A stretch of 64,000 bases of DNA from Trichosphaerium sp. ATCC 40318 (taxonomy: Eukaryota; Protista; Tubulinea), in the NCBI GenBank assembly GCA_038496445.1, contig JALMLS010000541.1:62001-126000 (forward strand), written 5' to 3'. A program made the position numbers and the translations under genes. Under the pieces are notes generated by a model that worked only from the letters and a program-made list of their open reading frames with translations, did not search any database and was not told the DNA's origin. Below are positions 49,674 to 60,942 of this stretch, in pieces; within the stretch, counting starts at the first letter, position 1, and the number at the start of each line of letters is the position of its first letter.

Positions 49674-51474
49674 CTACATATTACCAATATGCATTATTAT
49701 TGTGTTCTTTGAATTGGTAGAACGCATATGATTGTTAAGTAATCTAAGATCTTGATTTGTCAGTTGACTACAGTAAGAGACATCTATGAAATAAGCACCA
49801 GCAAGTGCTTTAATACCTTCAACACTAATATGTGTACATTCTATAAGCTCGATGGTATGAACTCCAGCCAGCGCCCTTATGCCTTCATCTGTGACTGAAG
49901 TGCTTTTAAGGTTAATTTCATGTACACCTCTCAATGCTATAATGCCTTTGTCCGTTACTGAAGTGCCACAAAGGTTAATGGTATGAACACCAGCAAGGAA
50001 TTTAATCCCGTTATCTGTTATTAGCTTACAATGAGATAGATTGATGGTATGAACTCCAGATAATGCTATGATGCCTTCATCTGTGACTGAAGTGCCCCTA
50101 AGGTTAATTTTATGTACACCTCTCAATGCTATAATGCCTTCGTCTGTTACTGAAGTACGAAATAGGTAAATGGTATGAACACCAGCAAGATATTTAATCC
50201 CGTTATCCGTTATTAGCGTACAAAGAGATAGATCGATGGTATGAACGCCAGCCAACGCTGTAATGCCTTCATCTGTAACTGGAGTGCCCCTAAGGTCAAT
50301 TTCATGTACACCTCTCAATGCTATAATGCCTTCGTCTGTTACTGAAGTACCACAAAGGTTAATGTTATACACACCTCTCAATGCTGAGATGCCTTTATCT
50401 GTCACTGAACTGAGACAAATGTTAATGGTATGAACGCCGGCAAGCAATTTGATCCCTTCATCTGTCACTGCAGTTTCAAACAGGTCAATTGTATGAACAC
50501 CAGCAAGTGGTTTAATCCCTTTGTCTGTTATTTTTCTACATCCACTGAGGTCAATTGAATGAACGCCAGCAAGCATTTTAATCCCCTCGTCTGTTACTCG
50601 CTTACAACGAGATAGATTGATGGTATGAACGCCAGACAATGCTCTGATGCTTTCATCCGCAACTGAAGTGCAGCTAAGGTTAATTTCATATACACCTCTC
50701 AATGCTGCTACATTTGCTATCTCAGTGTTGCTAAGGTCAATGGTATGAACACCAGCAAGGGATTCTATCCCTTCATCTGTTATTTCTTTACATTTATGAA
50801 GATCTATGGAGTGAACACCTGCAAGTTCAGACACAATCTCATCTGTATAAGAAAGTGTGCTTTGTTTAAATTTGCGACAACCATGTAAAAGTGAAAATAT
50901 ACTCTCATCACAAAGTGTGCTACACAAACCAATGACACTATTTTTCTTTATGCCCTCGTATTTTGATCTTTAACATATCTGAAATACTGGAAATATAAAC
51001 AGTTTCATATCCAACAACATGATGAATGATATCAGCCATTGAATTGCAAGACTGAGCAACAGAAAATTTTCTGTCTTGTCCTCTTGTATAACAAAGAATA
51101 TGTGAAAGAACCTCTGGAGGGAACTCAACAATATTAGGCGGTTTGTATGATGTAATTTGCATCCTATAATACTACTATCAGTCCAAGTCAAGAGGGTAAT
51201 TTTTTTTCTTTGTATCCAAGTACCGTTTCTGCTTATCTTTTGGAGAATGTTCGTGACCTTCCTCACGGCGCATGACAATGGTATTATCTTCTGGTTGGTT
51301 TAACAGAATATCATCAAGTTGTTGTAAAAGGGATCTGTTCGCAATAGTTAACAAGCTTTCAAGTTGTTTTACTAGTATGTTGCGTTTTACTCCTGTGATC
51401 TTAAGAAACGCTTCTCCGCGGTAATTAGCATAGTATGTGAGTGCTTGTTGTACAGAAACGCCAGGAAAACTCAT
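49674..51474 (-). pseudogene. F-box plus long LRR array gene with an apparent frameshift near 50940 (pseudogene or sequence error)
   Basis: Exon 1 51474-51223 and intron 51222-51164 join to F-box IVEFPPEVLSHIL...FSVAQSC (paralog of 8115). Stop at 50938-50940; about 17 LRRs continue in another frame (49674-50927). Confidence 0.7.
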
Positions 51475-52222
51475 GTTTGTTGAGATGAGATCAGAAACAC
51501 GTGCGAATATTTGAGATTAACCGATCTGGTACGATTGTAAGCAAAGCGCAGATAAGTCACTTCGGACATTAAGTAAACTGATAGTAACTTGTGAATTGTT
51601 GCATAATCCCACACGCTCGCTCTGCGCTCGAGCTATCTGTCAGGGACAGATGTGCCCTTTCCTCCCAAAAGATCGTTTCGCTGTCTTAGGTTGGTTGTTG
51701 GTAGGACATAGTCTAACAACAAGAAGTATTGTCGGGTTATTGAAAAACCAAGATTAATCTCCAGCACTATTGATCAACTATTAGAAGAACACATGGCACC
51801 AATGAATCGGTTTCCTTTACGAACAAACTGTCAATGAAGCACTTAACAAAAGTAGAGTAAGCTTGCAACCAACTAATACTGCTTTTTAGGTATGACTGTA
51901 CATCGCTTTCTGAGATGTATCTTTTCTGTTTATGTCGGTAGTATTGTTCTTGCAACAAAGAATCCGTCAACAAGAAGCATAGCAAGCCTTAACATGTACA
52001 AAACAAATAAATATAATCACATGTCTCCCTACGACCTCTAACTTTTATGGTCTTGGTGAGTAATAGTCGAGATGACATTGAATCAAAGTGATTTGTTAAG
52101 AGCAGTTGTGCTGGAGCACAGTCACAGATTCCCATCTCTTCTTTTTTTCCCACGTGATTTTAACCATGGTCGCGCCAGTTCTTTCGTCGGTTTTACTAAA
52201 ATAAGCTCTGCAACACGATTGA

Positions 52223-52816
52223 ATGAGTAATTCTTCTTGTTGTCTCATTCTACGCCTTCCACTGGAGCTACAGCTTGTAATAATCGACTGTGACCGTGAA
52301 GTTTATGTAAAGTGGCCTTGTTTATCAAAAAACACGGCTGTTACAACAAGGTTTGATTGCGACTTTAATAAACACGGGAAATGGATAAAACACGTCAAAA
52401 GAAAAAAAAACAGTACAGAACAGATGTACTGGAGGCATGGATTACGTCATGGGGAGTTTAAGAGGTGGTGTAGTAATGGTAAAATAGTGGCACATTGCCA
52501 TTACGTCAATGATAAGCCTGATGGAGAGCACAAATACTATTTTGGCAGCGGTCACTTGTTTAGGGTTTATCACTTTGTCAATGGTGTACGTGAAGGAGAA
52601 TACAAGAGATGGTATTCAAATGGAACACTATCAGAGCAGGGAAGTTATATTGAAGGTAAACTAGAAGGAGACTACAAGATTTGGTATGAGAATGGTCAAT
52701 TGTGGGAGTGCTTTACTTATGTGAACAATTCAAGAGAAGGAGAGTATAGTGAGTGGAATAAGAATGGTGTTTTGGTCAATCAATGTATCTATTCTAACAA
52801 TGTACGAACATCTTGA
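52223..52816 (+). CDS. F-box-like plus MORN-variant repeat protein, intronless
   Basis: ILRLPLELQLVII...KWPCLSK, then about 5 repeats of G-E-Y-K-x-W-Y-x-NG. Paralog of 29338-29880. Confidence 0.85.
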   Translation: MSNSSCCLILRLPLELQLVIIDCDREVYVKWPCLSKNTAVTTRFDCDFNKHGKWIKHVKRKKNSTEQMYWRHGLRHGEFKRWCSNGKIVAHCHYVNDKPDGEHKYYFGSGHLFRVYHFVNGVREGEYKRWYSNGTLSEQGSYIEGKLEGDYKIWYENGQLWECFTYVNNSREGEYSEWNKNGVLVNQCIYSNNVRTS

Positions 52817-53213
52817 GGGTAATAATGAAGAAGTTGTTGGCTTTCTGGAATTATTGTTAAATCATAAATAAGGTCTGTAATGGTTTAGTCTTGGATTCAC
52901 CTAACTACAAATATTCTTTTCCATTATGTACTGTGACAAAGGCCTTTTACTCTCATACACTACTTAGTGTTAACACCACATTGCTATCAAATGTCAAATC
53001 ATTAAAACAGTTATGCACAAGTGGCCGCTTCTCTTTACTTTACTCGAGCTTCTTACAACTCTTGAACCCTTTTGAGAAACGTAAGCGAAAACAACTGGAA
53101 GATGTCATGTATGGTTCCACGTTTGAAACTAACAAAGCAATTTTTGACAATAACTGCTAAAGCACATGCAAAGATTGTATCAAACTATACATAATGTTTA
53201 ACAAACAGTTTAT

Positions 53214-54109
53214 TCACAATGGTGACGGTGAAGAATAAGGTCCCATATCAGTTGGTGGCCATGAAGGTGGTGGCTGTGTAGGTGGAGACGTTGTTGGCGT
53301 TACTGTAGTCGGCAACGTTGTTGGTATTTGTGTAGGTGCTGTAGGTGCTGTAGGTGGTGCACTCGTTGTACATTGATTATATAGTACGCCATTTGATACA
53401 AACCAAGGGAATTCCTCACCTTGGTTACAACTAACTTGAGAAACTGAGACAGATAACATACATGTGTTTCTTTCCTCAATTGCATACGAAGTTATGTGAC
53501 TCGGGTTTTGAGTGCTGTTAATTCTTGTGAGAGCTCCACTATCTCCTACGCCCCAAATAACATCATTGCAAACCGTTATACCTTTCGCTTCTAGCTTTGA
53601 TTTTACAAGCAACCACTTATCATTCTTCATAACATACAAGTCTCCACTATGCGTAAGACCATAAACTGTATTGCCAGTGTCAACAGCAACCTCAAGCATA
53701 GCTCGCTCTAAATTCTGAAAAAAGACAATGTCAGTATATTCCTAGAAGCACTATGTAGTAATAAATATAAAGCTTGACTTACCGTTATACCAAGTCTAGA
53801 GTAGACCTTGTCGTCAGTGCCTGTTCCAAAAACGTGCATGTTAGTACCAGGAGGTGATACAGCAATTGTGTCTAGCCCTCCAAACACTTTAAGCCAAGTT
53901 CCATCATCCTGTAACATATGTATTGTATGGTCGGTTGCTACCACCCATGTGTGAGTCGGAGAGGATGCCACATGTTTAACTCCGGCAATGGAAGCATAAG
54001 GGAAAGGGTGTCGAGTACAAGTTAACATTTTTATATCACGCGTAATGTAGCTTGATGCAAGTACAGCGAAACTGATGAAGCACAATAAAGCAAGGAAGAG
54101 GTGCTTCAT
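53214..54109 (-). CDS. Secreted tectonin-like protein, copy B2, lacking exon 2, with extended Pro/Thr tail
   Basis: Near-identical to 24664-25632, but the 5' half of intron 1 is fused to the 3' half of intron 2; splicing exon 1 to exon 3 stays in frame. Confidence 0.7.
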
Positions 54110-54327
54110 GGTTGATAGTATGAAATGAATGATTGAAGTTGTATGTTCACAACCACTGTGATTCATTTTGTTGTATTGTTTCTCCTAAAACCACGTGGAC
54201 ATTAAAAGCATAAACAAGTCTAGCACCGCGTGTTTTATTCACCGGAGCGTTCCCTAATCTTTTTCTACGTTTTATGTGAAGTTTGTAGTTTTTACAAGAC
54301 TGTACTCCCAAACGAAGCTGGCTACTA

Positions 54328-54520
54328 TTTCAAGCGTTTGTAGTTTGTAATCTGCAAAAGTAGTATTTTGAAACCTCGGTAGTTTACATGATAATACTAT
54401 GGATTTGTTATACTTCTATCCATCTCCATACAAAGTTGTGTCTTTCAAGCATTTGTTGCAAGCTGCAAAAGTAGTATTTTGAAACCTCGGTAGTTTACAT
54501 GATAATACTATGGACTTGTT
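54328..54520. repeat. Local direct duplication of about 80 bp (54328-54409 and 54443-54520)
   Basis: CTGCAAAAGTAGTATTTTGAAACCTCGGTAGTTTACATGATAATACTATGGA occurs twice; the paralogous region near 24370-24440 has one copy. Confidence 0.9.
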
Positions 54521-54578
54521 TGAAGGCTATAATTCTGTTTCTCCAATCTAGAGAGCGAGCTTGCGAGCGTTCGTTTCC

Positions 54579-54875
54579 GTAAATTAAGTGAAACTATGTT
54601 CCCGAGGATCCCTAAAAATTCCGGTTTATCCAAAATGATGCTAAAAGCACAATTAATCATGTAGTTTTAACTCCTAAATATTGAAGCTTGTGAAAGTGAG
54701 GTTAACTTCGGCTGCACTAAAAATCAAGATCACAAAACACTTGATAATTCTTGTATGTTTAGAACTCCCTATTAAGTACATACAATGCCACGGATGTATA
54801 TTTGGTTAGAGATGACACGTGAAACAATAGTATTTTTAGAGACTGATCGTGAAAACCATATTTCACTTAATTTAC
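54579..54875. mobile_element. MITE-like inverted-repeat element (locus B copy) containing the empty TTAA site
   Basis: Perfect 15-bp inverted repeat GTAAATTAAGTGAAA (54579-54593) / TTTCACTTAATTTAC (54861-54875). Both ends align in inverted orientation to the ends of 24043-24322. Confidence 0.65.
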
Positions 54876-55135
54876 CTAAACGTAATTTCTCGCCAATGAG
54901 CTTCTAAAATGAAACACTCATGATATTAAAACCTACAGTTTCCATCTGTCTGATGTCTAAAAATACCCTGTAGGATTTTTTATGAACACGAAAATACTAC
55001 AAACCCAATCGTCAATTACGTAGTATAACTTTTGGTAGTGCTGCCGTAATCACCGTGGCATTAGGAGTAAGAACTCCAAAAAAATGAATCACAACTTACT
55101 TCTCAACCAACAACATTTAATACATACCATCAACC

Positions 55136-56061
55136 ATGAAGCACCTCTTCCTCACTTTATTATGCTGCATCAGTTTCGCTGTACTCATATCAAGCTACAC
55201 CACACGTGATATGGAAATGCTTGCTTGTTCTAGAGTAAATTTCCCTAATCAGTCTGGAGTACGACACATTGCAAGATCTATACTTGGTACATATGTGGTA
55301 GCAAACGACTATTCAATACACCTGCTAAAAAACGATGGAACCTGGGTGATCATTCCCGGAGGTCTAAAAACAATTGCTGCATCATCTCTACATGTATTTG
55401 GAACAGGCACTGACAACAAAGTCTACCGAAGAGTTGGTGTAACGGTACATTGCACACTTTATGTTTTGTTACTCCATTCTTACTTTCTTCACCAGCCACA
55501 ACTACCAGAGGGTACTACTTGGGAATTGTTACCCGGAAAACTTCGCATGTTATCTGGAACTAATACTGGTGAAATATGGGGTGTCGGTACAAATTATGCT
55601 GTGTATCACTGGACCAGCCAATGGGCTCATGTAAGTCTACAAACAACGATAGAATATACTAACATTATTTTTAGATGGCAGGAGGCATGCTTGAGACCGC
55701 TGTTGACCCTGTAGGAAACGTCTTTGCTCTAAGCCAAAACAATGATTTGTACTATCGTCACATTGATGCTACAGGAGCTGGAACTTGGGTTGTTATAAAA
55801 TCAAAGCTTGAAGCACATGGGTTAAGTCTTTGTAATGGCGCTATTTGGGGAGTCGGAAATACTGGAGCCCTCACAAAAATTGACAGCGCTCTAAATCCAA
55901 CAAAGATAACTTCTTATGTAGTCAATGAAGGATGGTTGTGCTCACAGGTTAAACTCAATATCTCTCATGTTGCTTGTTTACAAGGTGAATCATTTCCTTG
56001 GATTGTTAACCAAGGCGTGATATACAATCGTTGTAGAATCAATCCAACAACATCACCGTGA
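55136..56061 (+). CDS. Secreted tectonin-like protein, copy B1, 3 exons
   Basis: Signal peptide; WVIIPGGLKTIAAS, HVFGTGTDNKVYRR, WELLPGKLRMLSG and IWGVG repeats; same intron positions as its paralogs. Confidence 0.75.
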
Positions 56062-56291
56062 ATCTTCTCACCTCTGTACAATTGTTTAACTATGTAATAA
56101 AACTGCATCCAGAGAAGACAGCCTTCACCTGTTTTGACTTTTTCTGAAGCCAAACTAGGCGAGGTACAATCTCCACGTAAAGTAAGGCTATGGTATCAAC
56201 CGTTTATTGAAGCTGCTATTTTGTACCAATAGGGACCAGAAAAATTTCACGAACTCAAATATCAGGATTTTCAGTATTTGTAACAACAACA

Positions 56292-56678
56292 ATGGAGAAC
56301 GCAATGAATGGAAGACTGAGAGACATAACGATCATTGGCATTATTCAAGGGCGGCTGGTAGTAGATTATAGAGGTATGTGTAGATTGTACGCATATGAGG
56401 GGAGCAACAGTAACGGTAGAATCCTCAACCAGTATCAAGACAGCAATTGGTCGATTTTGAACGGAAAATATGGAGACAGAGGATGTCAATGGGCCGAGTT
56501 CACAGTTCCTCTAAACCTACCTTGTACAATATTTGTAACAGGTGATACAATTCCACACAGTGGTAGAATTAATACAAGGAAACCAACAGTAGAAGCTTGG
56601 GCAAGAAAAAACTTAAACGCAAACGGACAAGTTCACATATTTTTTGTAATTATGCTGTTGAAATTAAAAAGGCTGTGA
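56292..56678 (+). CDS. Hypothetical protein, 128 aa
   Basis: ATG-initiated ORF with globular-like composition, followed by AATAAA. No family recognised. Confidence 0.45.
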   Translation: MENAMNGRLRDITIIGIIQGRLVVDYRGMCRLYAYEGSNSNGRILNQYQDSNWSILNGKYGDRGCQWAEFTVPLNLPCTIFVTGDTIPHSGRINTRKPTVEAWARKNLNANGQVHIFFVIMLLKLKRL

Positions 56679-56966
56679 AACGAATAAAAGTGGCTACCAC
56701 ATTTAGGCAAGTTGTATTTTTTCTTGTTTTGATCTACTATTAGTAACCAAGTTAGATCAAGAGTCAACGCAAATTTGGTAAAGGGAAAACTAGAAGTTTA
56801 CATGATTGATTTTATTTAGTAGTACATTTACACCATTGTACTCCAATTACGTAGTACAAGAACCCAAAACTTTTCAGGCGTCGGAATATAGGTGAAACAT
56901 TCCAATTGCTTGACATGTGAGTCTTTGATTATGGAGAATACCTTCACCTTTATTTTGTACAATGAC

Positions 56967-58626
56967 CTAAACATTGTTTGGGCCAATTTCTGTTGAAACC
57001 ACCTGAAATTTATAAGACTCAACGTGATCAATGTAAAACATACCACTTGATTTGGCTGTTTAGATTTCTTCCTACGAAGTTGAGGAAATGTTGATATCAA
57101 TTGATGCTTGGGTGGCGTAAACACCGCCCAATAGAAAAACGCAACTAGAATCATCCCACCCAAAAGGTTACCAATAGAGGATGGAACTAAAGTTCGAAGT
57201 ATTAGTATAAATAAAGTTCGAAAAAAGAAGAACAAAAGAAGAACGTACTAATGTTCCAAACAAGAACTTTTCCCAGATTTGTTTGTCCCTTGTTTTCCAT
57301 TAAAGCAAGGAATAAATACCCTTATACAGTGTAAGAATATTATCAAATCCGTCATTATGCTGTAATGAAAGCACACGCACCCATATTTGCAGGAGAGTGA
57401 TTTGACCCCAAAGAAACAAACATTGTAATAGGTCCAAATACTGCAATAACTTTTGAAGTAAGGCTTCGTGCTGTTTGAGCCAGCAAGGCTGCGATACCCA
57501 CAAACCAATTTGCAACTATACCCGAAATCACCATTAGGAACCATCCTCCTACACCCTAAGTACAAACCACATAAGTACAAACAACAACGAACAATGGTTT
57601 TTGTGTACGTCTTTCTCATATTCCAATTTTTTAAAGGTAATGTCTTCCAATCGGTCTAATGAGTCCTTTGAAAAGGCCTTCATAGTCCACAGAATAAAGG
57701 CTACAAATAGAGCTCCTAGAACATTGCAAACATAAACCAAGCCCCAGAACCTCAAACACTTTAAAGAAAACCGTCTGTACTCTCTCCATCTGAAGAGCAT
57801 CACCACTGGCAGTACAATGTTTATCTGAAAATCTTGAGTTAGTCTCCGTCCTGTCAACAACATTGCATGTGCCGCAAAAAATATGAAAATCTTACCTCTG
57901 TAAATAAGGCTGATCCCGATAGTATAATCAAAGAGAACCCAAAAACGAAACCAAGGGACGTCAAGAGCCGTTTTGGTCCAGGTTCGTCTAGCATATATTT
58001 AGCAAAAAAAACAAAGTCAATCGTTTTTTGTACCTACGCCAGCTGATAATACAACTGATAACGCAGCACCAAAGGCAACATAGGCTCCACCAGCCAACGC
58101 TAATAAAATTTGCCTCCAAATCGGAGCATGCAAGAACTCCGATCCATGTAAAAGAAATTTGACAATAGCTTGACGTGGTGCACGTTTAATATCAGGTAAC
58201 AGAGCATAAGGCTCTGTTGTATTATTCTTAGTACCTTAAAAGCACGTGTTATTTATGAACATTGAAAATAAACGAGTTTTCGGGAATGGTACGAACGGGT
58301 TTTTAATGTTCCGTACTTGTTTTACCTCTGTCTAACTTTTTATTGATTAATTCTGTTAGAGTGTGTCTGTCGCCAACATTTTTTATACCAATGTCCTTTA
58401 AATCGCTTATACTCAACGCAAAGAGGTGTTTGCCACTAATTTTATGCTTTTTAAACTTGTTTGCGATGCCTTGGTTGAGTTCAGTTGAAATCCATCGTTC
58501 TACATCATCTACGCTCCACTTTTCGATATTCAAGGCTTCTTAGGTTAGTTTGGCAGTGTATGAAAGTCTTAAAGTACCATGCTTTGTATTTGTATTTAAA
58601 GGAAGCATTTCAACCTTGTTTTCCAT
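56967..58626 (-). CDS. SAM domain fused to a formate/nitrite transporter (FNT) channel, multi-exon
   Basis: SAM: WSVDDVERWI...FKKHKISGKHLFALSISDLKDIGIKNVGDR. FNT: AGGAYVAFG, GSALFTE, VYVCNVLGALFVA, GIVANWFVG, NHSPANM and GNLLGG. Confidence 0.82.
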
Positions 58627-59007
58627 AACCTACGCTCAGGTACTGTATCAAAGTTACGGAATTCACCTGTATCACTGCCTTAAGCACGAGAATTGACGTA
58701 TTCCTTGTCTTATTCAGTGAAGTCGCTCATTAAGCTCTATCATACCAATTTTGTGAGTCCTAGTACACCAAAAGATTAAAGAATGGTTCATTATACCCAC
58801 CAGTGGGAAATGCTACAGACGCAACATATTGGCATGGTCGGTTACAGTAAAAAGATAGGCTCTTGTTACTGCACACTGCGATGGCTATAGTACGGCATAC
58901 AAAACAGCTTCCCATACGCTCCTGTAGCTATAAAATGAACGCCTTGCTTAATGCCTGAAACAGGTTTTGTAGTTGTATATTATGTAAATGACAACAGAAA
59001 TTTCGTG

Positions 59008-60367
59008 TTATTTTGGTGGTTTTCTTCCATTGATTTCATGTTCCAACCCTGACGCTAGTTTGATAAGGGTATGCTCTTGAAATCGTTTTGCCATGATGTT
59101 GAGGCCAACAGGTAGATCTTTGTTTGTGTTACCAATAGGCAACGTAATCGTTGGAAACCCTGCAAAAGGAGCAATTTAAGAAAACTGCCTGTAACCTGAA
59201 TTAAAATGTAAGCATTTAGGCAGTGTACTTGATGCTTGTGCTATACCAGGAGGTGTGTCAGATCCAGGAGGGCTATAAGGAGGTTGGTTAACCACTGGAA
59301 ACACAATTGCATCCAAGTTATTCTTGTCAAAGATATAATTGAGAAAGTCAGCAGCTTCTGCTTTTACTGACAGCAAGTTTCTGCAATATTAGCTGATCTG
59401 ACCAATGCTTCAACCTAATGAGGTAAGAATCTCCAAAAACAAAAATTATAAATGCTGTTATCAATACCTCTCTGTCTGGTATTCCACGCTCTAGAGATTC
59501 AACATCAAAACCAATTCTAGTATTCTTAAGTCCATTTATATTCACATAATCCCGATAGTCAATTCCAGAGTCAGAATGGTCATCTACCATAACCTACACA
59601 AGTTAGAACAAAAATAAAGAGGTGCAAAAGAGTTACTTCAAAGAGGGCAGCAACATCTTCTACTGTACGGCACATAGGTCCAATTACATCGGCATAAACT
59701 ATAGCTGGTGACACTCCTTCTGTTGAAATAAGTCCTTGCGTTGGTCGAATACCCACAATTGCAATATTCTACTACTGACCTTTGTTTATCATGACTTCAA
59801 GCACAAGTGCGGTTTTGTATGGCATAACATCACGCATTGCTTCAACACCAGATGTAGTAGCCATTCCTTATGTTCCTATGAGCTACGTATACAGCGAAAA
59901 ATAAGAATTTTAATGGAAACTTGCCTTCAAAGTTAATGTTATCCTTTACGACTGTTGGAACACAAAATAGTGGCATTTCTACTAAAACATTCTGAAGTCT
60001 TCCCTTCGAAGTTATCAAAGCATCTAATTCTGCAGCTCTCCTATCCGAAACATCAGCACTTCATCATTTAAGTAGCAATCCTACTTAAGTGCGTCAGGGT
60101 TGATGGCAGTCATGGCATTGTATGCTTTCTGATGCTCATCGTTCGCTTCAATAAGCGCCAAATGTTTTGCTACAATGCCTTTCTGTTGGTTAAAAAATGT
60201 CTAGCAGACGCACGCGTCTTCTTACTTGTACAGCTCTCGCCATTATGTATTGCTTCATGTACTCGTTTTATTGTCGCTTCGAAAACGTTGTATGAACCGT
60301 TTGCGATCGTTACGGTACAAAAATACAGTGCAAATATTAGCAAAAGGGCACAGGTGTTGTTTCCCAT
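59008..60367 (-). pseudogene. Amidase-signature family gene with internal deletion of the catalytic core
   Basis: Signal peptide, PTVVKDNI, TTSG, VGIRPTQGLIS...GPMCRTVEDVA and PTITLP...LPVGL are present, but the GGSS/GTDTGGS segment is absent and stops occur near 59770. Confidence 0.72.
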
Positions 60368-60942
60368 GTTGTAAGTGCACTATTATTTCATAAAACAGCC
60401 AAGATATCGGTCAAATTCCTTCTCATTCTTATTTCTCTACGTTTCTGTGATGTACCTTGACTGCGTATTGACTACGTCTACGCTAACTAAATAAACAGTT
60501 CTTTTAACCTATATCTACTACGTACCTTACAGTTTCCTCTATTATGGCATGCGCTGAAACTGTAGCTAATGAAACATAGACTCATACTGGCGTTGATAAA
60601 GTATGTATTAAATAGGTGCAGGAAATATGTTGTTAGCTTTGTAGATAAAACCACAAATACCTGCATAAGAAAATACAAGTTGTCTACTGACGACCAAGGC
60701 AAATCAATTATACCACGTGACCAAATATGAAATAAAATCAATAAACTTGTATTTATACAAAAAACATTAGAATACATACATTCTACAATTATTCACAGTT
60801 TTATAAGTTGAGCATGATAAGATGTCTATCAAAAAAATTTTCGAGCTTCACATTTTTCCTCCTGGTTTTTTTGTGCTTTCGAAATGTAATCTCAACTCAC
60901 TTGGCATTTACTTTAAAGTAAGGCTCTTTTTGGGGTTTTCTC

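Noticed and set aside
49780-50830. Regular 63-66 bp repeats as a CRISPR-like array
   Set aside because: They are coding LRR units in an open frame, with no constant-repeat and unique-spacer structure.
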